Assembly (NCBI GenBank): GCA_000320545.1
Contig: ADNK01000979.1
Location: 1 to 64,000 of the forward strand
Reading direction: 5' to 3'
Source: Bigelowiella natans CCMP2755
Lineage: Eukaryota > Protista > Cercozoa
Length of the DNA: 64,000 bases
Shown here: positions 1 to 11,082 of the stretch, piece after piece
Layout: each line of letters opens with the position of its first letter
Numbering within the stretch: position 1 is the stretch's first letter
Program-made: the position numbers and the translations under genes
Notes under the pieces: generated by a model
What the model was told of the DNA's origin: nothing
The model's database searches: none
What the model saw: only the letters and a program-made list of their open reading frames with translations

Positions 1-227
1 TTTTTTTTTTAAAAAACTTTTTTTCCGGAAAAAAAAAGGGGGGGGGGGGGGGGGGGGGCTCTATTAGTAGTGATTGTTTGTTGCAGAATTTTGCTTGTGC
101 TGCTGCTGCTGCTGTTCTTTGATCGCCCAATAACAACGGTCTCTACTATAGTGATATGAGGAGGAGGATGAGGAGGGCGTTTTCTCTCTTCCCCCCCCTC
201 GAGCGATTAAAGAGAAATGATGTTTGA

Positions 228-2964
<2,737 letters not shown>

Positions 2965-3607
2965 AAAGTAGTAATTGTGTCGATGATCGACCGTTGTGCT
3001 TCAGACGCCGTAGTCATTATTAAAAAGAAGTCCATGCGTAGCACAGACGCACAGAACACAGAGGCGACGGTAGGTTTCTCATCAACGTTTGAACAATTGA
3101 TGAAATCCATGCAATATGCAACGAGCGTGGTGTCACAGTGCGGTTGCTGAGCAGAGCTATCATTCGTGCACATTGCGATTGGCATCGTGGACGCAGAGCG
3201 ATGCTGTAGCTTCCACATGGATGCACACGTTCGCGTTGCTAGGTTGTAGCGTGTAGCTAGAAGATGCAGCTAGTGCACCCATCACGCAACGACATTGCAT
3301 GCATCAGATCTTCCCATGTGCACCCCAACAGCTAGCAGCTAGCCATGCACACGCTGTGTGCTTGGTCATGTGCCCGTGCTAGCGTGCGCTTCACACTGAC
3401 GAACTTCCCATCTTGGGAAGTCCCATGCCAGCATGCACTCAGCTCTCATCGACGATGTCCTCGAATGGAAAGAAACAAAGTCCAACCCTTTCGACGCTGG
3501 AATGAAAAACCACGTTCGTGAACTTGTTGCTCTGGACAGATGGATGGGACGAGAACGGAGGGATGAACTCTGCCGAGTTGTCATTGCACACGCACAGTGC
3601 ACGTCCA

Positions 3608-3942
3608 TGTAGCGCGTACCACTACGCGGGCACAAGTCACGTGCGACAACAAAGGGGTTGTCGCGGATATAGAATATAGATAACGTAGATATTAACACAA
3701 ACCGATCTGCATAGGCACGTGGGTTCCGGCGGGACTCATGGCAGCACACCGGAAGTGTGCTGCCCCACGTGCGGCGGCATTCGCGAAAGCTTCGCGAATG
3801 ATTACGCAGTGCACGATTTAATAAAAATATAATCTTTAATAAAAATAAACACAACTCTTCAAAAGGAAGCAAACGTGCCTTTCCCCCCCCCTGCCTACTT
3901 GTGCACGTAGCGCCTCGGCCTGTGAACACCTTACGCGCAACA
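3608..3942 (+). repeat. 5' LTR of copy 1 (335 bp)
   Basis: TG...CA ends with an 11-bp imperfect terminal inverted repeat (TGTAGCGCGTA / TACGCGCAACA). Appears identical to 9012-9346 by eye and gives the same antisense translation. Two AATAAA hexamers. Confidence 0.97.
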
Positions 3943-3947
3943 ACCTT

Positions 3948-3966
3948 TGGCTTCCACACACGGGAA
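3948..3966 (+). promoter_or_regulatory. Primer-binding site (tRNA-Asp/Glu-like 3' end)
   Basis: TGGCTTCCACACACGGGAA begins 5 nt after the LTR. Its reverse complement ...TTCCCGTGTGTGGAAGCCA resembles a tRNA T-arm/acceptor end with a G discriminator plus CCA. Confidence 0.6.
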
Positions 3967-3981
3967 ACGATTTGACTAACA

Positions 3982-4605
3982 ATGTCACAGCAGCTAGAAG
4001 AACAGCAGGACTTTGGCTCGCAGGCCGTGCAAGGGCACGAGCAGAAACAGGAAAGGAAGGGCGATACGGACGCTAAGGAAGGAGGAGGAACACCTCCACA
4101 GGCACCGCCGGGACCAGCACCCGGGATTAAGAAAGCAGATGCAGCAGCAGAGGCACTGGAGAACTTCTACGAGGCGGACGACGAGGACGTGGCCGCCGAA
4201 AGCAAGAAGGTCGTAATGGCATTACGAGCCTTGCGACCCAGGGCGAGCAACTACGCCAAACTGAAAGTATCGATAGAATACAAGTATCAGACACATGATG
4301 TTTGGGCAGCTATCATGCAGGACATCATGGATTACGAAGCAGACTTACCTCCAGAGTGGGCAGCTTTGTTTAGGAACGACGGGGGTCTGGGCGCCTCGCG
4401 GGGGACGACCCAGAGCACCGTCAAGCAGCAGCAGCCGGTACAGCGGAACACCCAGTTCATGTCTGTTAAAACAGCACCGGTTATGATAACGAAATACAAC
4501 GGGAAAAGAGGTGAGGCAAGGAGGTGGTGGAAGAACGCTAGGAGTATACTCTGCGACTTTACACCTCCCCCATCCCCACCGAAAACGACAAGCTCAAATG
4601 GCTAG
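3982..4605 (+). CDS. gag: Gag N-terminal part (ORF1); reading continues in the -1 frame
   Basis: ATG 40 nt after the LTR. Capsid-like KYNGKRGEARRWW. The -1 frame is open from 4542 (PIPTENDKLKWLAIIKQAM) into ORF2. Confidence 0.8.
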   Translation: MSQQLEEQQDFGSQAVQGHEQKQERKGDTDAKEGGGTPPQAPPGPAPGIKKADAAAEALENFYEADDEDVAAESKKVVMALRALRPRASNYAKLKVSIEYKYQTHDVWAAIMQDIMDYEADLPPEWAALFRNDGGLGASRGTTQSTVKQQQPVQRNTQFMSVKTAPVMITKYNGKRGEARRWWKNARSILCDFTPPPSPPKTTSSNG

Positions 4606-4622
4606 CTATAATAAAGCAAGCC

Positions 4623-7600
4623 ATGGACCTTTACGAGACAGGCAGGACCCGGATCAGGCAGCTAGAGAAAATACACACTACAGTTAGTGGGCTACGAGAC
4701 GTTGAGGCGATAATGAAGGCTTTTGTAAATGAACAGGATGCTAACTCCCTACCCCAGGCTATTAGAAAATACAGAGCAATGATGCAGCATGAGAGAGAAC
4801 CTGTTAGAGACTTTGCCACGCGCTTCCAGGATATGATCGACGAACTACATGATTTTAATTACAACACAGGTGATGATCAGGCAAGGTTTGAAGAGTTCAA
4901 GTTAAAGATAAAGGAATCCACTTACGTTACGGAGAAAGGCTACACCACGATGGAGGCAGCAGTGCAGGCTATATCCCTACGCGAGCAGGAGCAGGACCGC
5001 AAGTTTACCAGCCCTAAGGTACCTGGCATAGGAAACATTAACGCTATTAAGCCGCAGCGAGACTGGTACAAGGACAGGGAAGGTAACCGACGTTGCGGAT
5101 ACTGCTCACGTAAAGGGAAACACACCGCTAAAGACTGCAGAGACAGGAAAGAAGGACGACCCAGGATGACGATCAGGCAGCTCAACGAACACTACGAGAA
5201 GTTAAAGAGAAAGAAAGGCAGAGGACAAGGATATAACAACAGCAAATGGCAAGGCAGCAACAACGGGAAGAACAATAAATATAAGAACAAAAAGCAGAAC
5301 AGTATCAATGCTATACAGCAGCAGATAAACGGAATATTAGATCACCTTAAGCAGGCGCCGACGAAGACAGCAGTACCAGCAACGCAGGACCAAGACAAGC
5401 CCATGACCCTAGACGACATAAAGAACTTAGGAGTATGCAACATTAATGACGAAGACGCTAACAGGACTATCAAAGTTGCTATGACCAAGGTTAAAGTTAA
5501 AGACAGCTACGGAGACTACAAGAAACTACCTGCCCTTTGGGATAGTGGCAGCATGCCGAAGTCCTTCATAAGCCTAAGCACAGTAAGAAGGTTAGGACTA
5601 TTGGATCAAGTGACTAAGAAAGAACGTAAATATGCTCAAGCAGACGGAAGCTCTTCCATGAAGACCGTCGGTGAGCTAATGCTAAAGCTACAGATACCTG
5701 GCAGCGACGCGGAGACCCAAATCAAGACCCGAGTAGCCATGACTTTATCCATGGAACTACTCCTCGGACAGGATGCCCTAGAAAAATTAGGGGGGATCAT
5801 ATCATTCTACAATCACAAGATATACTTTGCTAAGTTGCCAAAGAAGTCAGGCAGGACCATCAGCCAGAACATGATACGGCTTGACGAGTGGACCTCTGAG
5901 TCAAGCGTTAATGCGTTAGAGTTTATGGACCTAGCGGACAACAAGCTACCTACACCTACCGAGCTACGGAAGAAGAACCCCGGCAAGACCATCCGACAGA
6001 TAACGGAGCTACTGGACAAGACCCCCCCAGCTGATGATTGGGATATCGACAAAGGCAAAAAGTACATTAATAAAATATTAAACGAGAAGTACTCTGACAT
6101 CACCAAGCCGACGACGAAGCCCTCCAGCAAGCTTACCCCAGTAAAGATCGAGCTAAAGAAGGGATACGAAGAGTGCATCATCAATGACCCAGAACATAGG
6201 CGACCGGAAGCGGACTGGGAAAAGATAGAGTGGCAGATCAATGAATGGGCAAAGGAAGGGAAGATAGAGCCAAGCAACTCACCATGGAACGTGAGACATG
6301 TGCTAGCTAAGAAACCTACTTACCCTTTCTTCCGCCTGGCGCACAACTTCATCCGCCACAACCGAGTAATAAAGAGGATCCAGACACCTACACCAAGGAT
6401 AGATGACGTTATTGAACACGTCATAGGATACAAATACTACTCTTCCCTAGATAAAAATGAATCATACATGCAGACACCCATCCACAAAACCTCCCGCCCC
6501 ATTACCGCGTTCTCCAGCAGGCACAGGAAGTGGCACTTCGTCGTATTCCCTTACGGCCTAAGCATATCAGGGGATGCGTTCAGTAGTCAGAACTACAGGG
6601 CATACACACATGATGGGATGGCGTCTGTGTTGTGGGTGTTTGTGTTTGTGTATGTGGATGATGACATAATATGTACCAACACAGTCGTCGCTCAGATCTT
6701 CCTCCTGGAAAATATATTTATTAGGTTTGCACACTTCGGTTTTACTATTAGACTGCAGAAGTGTACATTCCTAGCTACAAGAATCAAGTGGTGTGGATAT
6801 TACCTGGAGCAAGGCCGCATCACCCCAAACCCCGAGAAAGTAGCAGCACTACAGCAAGCCCCTAAACCTAAGAATGCAAAGGAGTTAAAGTCATTCTTGC
6901 AGACTGCAGCTTGGATACTACGTAGGTTCTCCCCTACCTACGCTAGGACTGCAGCTGCTTTTACTACTGCTTACCGGAAGGAGAACTCTGTAGGCCTCAG
7001 CTTCGCTAAGGTGTGGGCCAAGGCTGGCCTTGATGCCCACTTCGATAACCTAATAAAGTTATGCAGCAACACCCTATTGAATGCTAAGCTAGACACTACT
7101 AGACCAGCTACCCTATGGACAGACTGGTCTAAGCTAGGTATGGCTGCTGTACTTACCCAAGACCAGCAGATCATACGGGTGTGGGGCAGGGCCTGCACAG
7201 CAGCTGAGGCCAAGTACAGCCCTACAAAAGGAGAGTATAAAGCCATGACTGAGGCGCAGAGGAAACTAAGATACTACCTGCTGTCGGTGCCCAGCTTCAC
7301 CTTAATGACTGACCACAAGCCCCTCCTAGGCATCGACCGCAAGCTCGAAGCGCCTAACGATGAGTATGCAGCTATGAGGGCGGACACGGAAGAGTTTAGG
7401 GACAAGAGGACAGTGGTCTACGCACCAGGAGACAAGCAGCTTGCTGACTATTTCAGCAGGCTGTTCGAAAAGAAAGTCCATACCCAGGTCACCCCTATGG
7501 TTAACGCGATTACCTTCGAGGACGGCGACTTCCTGCCTGAGCCAGTGGAGCTCCAGCACCTTCAAGAACACCTGGATAAATACAAACACAAGCATGAGGT

Positions 7601-8960
7601 ACTTAGTGATAGGATATATGTATACACTAATAATGTTAGGCGTACCTACGTGCCACGGCGGACCAGGGGAGCCCTTCTCTTTACCGCCCATGGACCTGCA
7701 CACGTAGGAGAAAACCATATCACTGCTCTACTCTACCATTACTACTGGCCCTACAAGCTAAAAGAGATAAGGACATACCTGCGTGGCTGCAGGTGCTCCA
7801 GCTTGAAGGCGGCAGGCGTCGCCACCAAGGAGTCCAGCAAGAGCCGTGCATCTAAGAAAATCAAAGCAAGGAACTTCTTAGATATCGTGCAAATTGATGT
7901 TTATAAGTACGATGGCTATCACTACCTTACCTTCGTTGATGTGGCCACTGGAAAGTGCTGGGTTAAAAAGATTATCAAGGTCAACGTTGCTAAGAAGAAC
8001 AAAGGCTTATATAAGCAGAGGCTTACTAACTGCTACCGTACCTGGGAGTCTGAGCTCCAGGCTATCCCTGATGAAGTTAGCATAAACAAGATACCAAAGA
8101 AGTTACATGTGGATAATGAGACCTCTCTTCTACAGCTACCACACCCTAATATTGATGCCTCACCTGTATACTATGCCCAGTCCAACTCCAAGGTAGAGCG
8201 ACTCCACCGCACCTTGGCCAACCTAAGCAGGATAAATAGCACCACACCAGACAAGATACAAGGGTTAGTAAACGACACCTTCACGTCTGGGGGAGGTATC
8301 AAGGATAAGGAGAGGGAAGAAGGCGACGACAACGACGACGATACCGAGAGCGAAGACGAGAAGGTCCCGTACGATGGCCGAGTTCTAAAGGAAGGACAGT
8401 ATGTTAGGGCCAAGGTAAATCTGAGATCGAGAAATAAACAAGACCCCTTCTGGGGTGGCGTTGCAAAGGTTACCGAGAGGAAGGGGAGGAAGCAGTACTA
8501 CATCTATGATGGGAACAGGGTCACCTTGCGCCACATCAGTCACCTAAAGAATTATGATATCGGTGAGAAGCTCCTAGAGGATGTTAAAGTAAACCCTACT
8601 GTGTGGGAGCGAGCAATGCCTTGTTTAGGACCCCGACCTAAGTTCGATGTGGAATATGGAAACAATAAGGTCAGGGTGAACGACGATTGGCGCATGAAGA
8701 TTGTCTATCTAGGCTACCCTGGATTACGAAATATGGAGAGGGTAGCTATGAAAATAAAGGACGGAAAATATCAGCTACTCTACCTAGCTGTTCCCGACTT
8801 ACCCTTTGAGCACTGGTATAAGGTCCTGGGGGACCTTGATGCAGAGGGCTGGTATGGACACGAACCTAAGGACGAAGGTGAGTTCTGGGTAAGCGACAAA
8901 GGAGATAAGGTTAGAGAGGAATCTATTACCTGGTGGTTGGTGAAGTTCCGAAAGCGATGA
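4623..8960 (+). CDS. pol: Gag C-terminus + Pol polyprotein (zinc knuckle, protease, RT, RNase H, integrase, C-terminal MTase-like domain)
   Basis: CGYCSRKGKHTAKDC knuckle. Protease LWDSGS. RT LDKNESYMQ / PYGL / YVDD. RNase H TDWS...E...TDHKPL. Integrase H-H-C-C and IDV...VDN...VERLHRTL. About 125-aa extra C-terminal domain. Confidence 0.95.
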   Translation: MDLYETGRTRIRQLEKIHTTVSGLRDVEAIMKAFVNEQDANSLPQAIRKYRAMMQHEREPVRDFATRFQDMIDELHDFNYNTGDDQARFEEFKLKIKESTYVTEKGYTTMEAAVQAISLREQEQDRKFTSPKVPGIGNINAIKPQRDWYKDREGNRRCGYCSRKGKHTAKDCRDRKEGRPRMTIRQLNEHYEKLKRKKGRGQGYNNSKWQGSNNGKNNKYKNKKQNSINAIQQQINGILDHLKQAPTKTAVPATQDQDKPMTLDDIKNLGVCNINDEDANRTIKVAMTKVKVKDSYGDYKKLPALWDSGSMPKSFISLSTVRRLGLLDQVTKKERKYAQADGSSSMKTVGELMLKLQIPGSDAETQIKTRVAMTLSMELLLGQDALEKLGGIISFYNHKIYFAKLPKKSGRTISQNMIRLDEWTSESSVNALEFMDLADNKLPTPTELRKKNPGKTIRQITELLDKTPPADDWDIDKGKKYINKILNEKYSDITKPTTKPSSKLTPVKIELKKGYEECIINDPEHRRPEADWEKIEWQINEWAKEGKIEPSNSPWNVRHVLAKKPTYPFFRLAHNFIRHNRVIKRIQTPTPRIDDVIEHVIGYKYYSSLDKNESYMQTPIHKTSRPITAFSSRHRKWHFVVFPYGLSISGDAFSSQNYRAYTHDGMASVLWVFVFVYVDDDIICTNTVVAQIFLLENIFIRFAHFGFTIRLQKCTFLATRIKWCGYYLEQGRITPNPEKVAALQQAPKPKNAKELKSFLQTAAWILRRFSPTYARTAAAFTTAYRKENSVGLSFAKVWAKAGLDAHFDNLIKLCSNTLLNAKLDTTRPATLWTDWSKLGMAAVLTQDQQIIRVWGRACTAAEAKYSPTKGEYKAMTEAQRKLRYYLLSVPSFTLMTDHKPLLGIDRKLEAPNDEYAAMRADTEEFRDKRTVVYAPGDKQLADYFSRLFEKKVHTQVTPMVNAITFEDGDFLPEPVELQHLQEHLDKYKHKHEVLSDRIYVYTNNVRRTYVPRRTRGALLFTAHGPAHVGENHITALLYHYYWPYKLKEIRTYLRGCRCSSLKAAGVATKESSKSRASKKIKARNFLDIVQIDVYKYDGYHYLTFVDVATGKCWVKKIIKVNVAKKNKGLYKQRLTNCYRTWESELQAIPDEVSINKIPKKLHVDNETSLLQLPHPNIDASPVYYAQSNSKVERLHRTLANLSRINSTTPDKIQGLVNDTFTSGGGIKDKEREEGDDNDDDTESEDEKVPYDGRVLKEGQYVRAKVNLRSRNKQDPFWGGVAKVTERKGRKQYYIYDGNRVTLRHISHLKNYDIGEKLLEDVKVNPTVWERAMPCLGPRPKFDVEYGNNKVRVNDDWRMKIVYLGYPGLRNMERVAMKIKDGKYQLLYLAVPDLPFEHWYKVLGDLDAEGWYGHEPKDEGEFWVSDKGDKVREESITWWLVKFRKR

Positions 8961-9003
8961 AGGTCTAAGGGAATAAGGAAGGAAGGAAGGAGCAACGTGA
9001 CTT

Positions 9004-9011
9004 GGGGGAGG
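9004..9011 (+). promoter_or_regulatory. Polypurine tract
   Basis: GGGGGAGG abuts the TG of the 3' LTR and is preceded by a GGAA-rich run at 8967-8991. Confidence 0.8.
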
Positions 9012-9346
9012 TGTAGCGCGTACCACTACGCGGGCACAAGTCACGTGCGACAACAAAGGGGTTGTCGCGGATATAGAATATAGATAACGTAGATATTAAC
9101 ACAAACCGATCTGCATAGGCACGTGGGTTCCGGCGGGACTCATGGCAGCACACCGGAAGTGTGCTGCCCCACGTGCGGCGGCATTCGCGAAAGCTTCGCG
9201 AATGATTACGCAGTGCACGATTTAATAAAAATATAATCTTTAATAAAAATAAACACAACTCTTCAAAAGGAAGCAAACGTGCCTTTCCCCCCCCCTGCCT
9301 ACTTGTGCACGTAGCGCCTCGGCCTGTGAACACCTTACGCGCAACA
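9012..9346 (+). repeat. 3' LTR of copy 1 (335 bp)
   Basis: Direct repeat of 3608-3942, followed by the TSD TCCA. Confidence 0.97.
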
Positions 9347-9909
9347 TCCATCACCTCTTTGGACTTTTTGATGTTGCCAATTGCCAAATTGTGAGTGACC
9401 CAGTGTCTGGTCGCCTTCGTTCAGGCAGCACGCTAGACGTGAGAAGTTCAGTGTGTGAACACGCCGACTCACCAGGACATGAATGAACTTCAAATCAAAG
9501 ACGAATGTGATTCTCCAGTTGCAATGTTCAGACGGCTGCCCGGCGGGTTTGAACGTTGTGGTCAGAACTGAAGCAGCCCACAACCCACGATTCATGGATG
9601 AGAGCAGTCGCATGCTGTGCACAGATTTTGGAACGCACAATTGGATCAGTGGGAGACTCCCACTGACATCGATGGCATGAGCGAGGAGGGGTCGGATGAT
9701 CCCATTTTGAACGAAGGGCAATTTGCAGTGAGTTTGCGGTGAAAAAAAGGGAGGTAGTGAGTTGCGGCAAGACACGAAATCAGGGCAAGTTACGTAATTT
9801 ACGGGGCGAAAAAGTTACACATTCGGACACCTTCGGAGATTCTAGGAGACAAAATAATCTGTCGGACAGTTTCCATCCATCCATCCCGGGGAACATCGTG
9901 TTTTTGAGG

Positions 9910-9966
<57 letters not shown>

Positions 9967-10150
9967 GTACACAGATTTTGATAAACAATTGGCACTGCAT
10001 TTGGATTCCGAGATTACTATTTGTTGGATTCCGAGATTACTATTTGTTGGATTCCGGAACATTATTGTTGATGATGAGCACCTGGATCTGGTCGGAGAGA
10101 GAGAACTGGTAAGCTCGACTAGCTCTCTTCTATCCTCTACTTTTCTTGTT
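9347..10150. pseudogene. Decayed coding-like sequence interrupted by LTR copy 1 (continues at ~3360-3607); strand and frame unresolved
   Basis: Several frames read protein-like across the reconstructed empty site, with scattered TGA stops and no Tyr codons in the TA-free part. A (TTG)n tract at ~9910-9963 reads as polyQ or polyN on the minus strand. Confidence 0.35.
10001..10056. repeat. 23-bp tandem repeat, ~2.4 copies
   Basis: TTGGATTCCGAGATTACTATTTG at 10001 and 10024, partial copy at 10047. No spacers. Confidence 0.85.
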
Positions 10151-10349
10151 CCGTAGTGGCACTAGTCTATCCATTGCAACCGAAGGAGAAAAAGAAAAGT
10201 AAAGAAAAAAGAATTATTAAAAAAATACGACGGCGCGCCACTGGCTTCCCAATAATATATTTCAGCTATTGGAGATACATGCAACACATGATTAATGATT
10301 ATCACCTATTTGTATGTGTATAAGCATTTCACCCCCCCCCCCCCCCCCC

Positions 10350-10434
<85 letters not shown>

Positions 10435-10758
10435 GGTCGCATGCTGTGCATGGAGTGGTATGGAATTGGTAATAAAACAAGCAAGAACCTTTACAACAAC
10501 AGCTCCATAAATTATTTCTTTTCAATCGCTGAATTACAACTTGACGGTGAGTTGATTTTGATGATGGTGATGGTGGTGTGATACTACTAGGCGAGAAGAT
10601 CGTCAGGGAATGACCGAAGGCTGGTTATTCACGACGTTAAGGTGACCTGTCATGATGATTCATCGTATGGCTATGATAATCATGGTAGTAGTGTGGTGGG
10701 TTTCCAAAAGAAACTCCTCCTTATCACACCTAGCGTTTATATACATATCGCTTTTACA

Positions 10759-10804
<46 letters not shown>

Positions 10805-10908
10805 ATGTGTTTGTGTGTGAATTAGAAACAAAAGGAGATCAACGAAATAACTCTTAAATCCAAACTCACTGCCCTGGTTATATGGAATATATCTTTCCGA
10901 ATTTGCTG

Positions 10909-10946
<38 letters not shown>

Positions 10947-10947
10947 A

Positions 10948-10984
<37 letters not shown>

Positions 10985-11082
10985 TATAAATTCTCGGCTT
11001 GAGAAAGTAACGCCCAAAGGTCATCTTCCTATTCGTCGTGTTTTTAGTTTTTAGTGCACCACTCTCCAGAAGCCCACCGAGA

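Larger units (their letters stand above)
3608..9346 (+). mobile_element. Full-length Ty3/Gypsy LTR retrotransposon (copy 1)
   Basis: 335-bp LTRs TGTAGCGCG...GCGCAACA at 3608-3942 and 9012-9346. 4-bp TSD TCCA (3604-3607 and 9347-9350). PBS-like TGG at 3948, PPT at 9004-9011, domain order gag-PR-RT-RH-IN. Confidence 0.97.

Noticed and set aside
1-58. Telomere or poly(A) retroposon tail at the window start
   Set aside because: Mixed homopolymer runs with no telomeric unit; probably intronic low-complexity or low-quality sequence.
3257-3607. CpG methylation decay or fungal RIP as the cause of the TG/CA excess
   Set aside because: CG dinucleotides persist and TA is lost rather than gained. Some CGA->TGA decay may co-occur but cannot explain the TA loss.
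3715-3775. Hammerhead ribozyme (retrozyme-like) in the LTR; the minus strand reads CCATGAGTCCCGCCGGAAC
   Set aside because: Lacks the CUGAnGA and GAAA core.
3366-3959. Antisense ORFs through the LTRs (also 8965-9387 and 62837-63217)
   Set aside because: Start and stop codons lie outside the LTR and differ between copies; no recognisable domain.
10001-10056. 23-bp direct repeats as a CRISPR array
   Set aside because: Units are contiguous with no spacers, there are no cas genes, and the context is eukaryotic.
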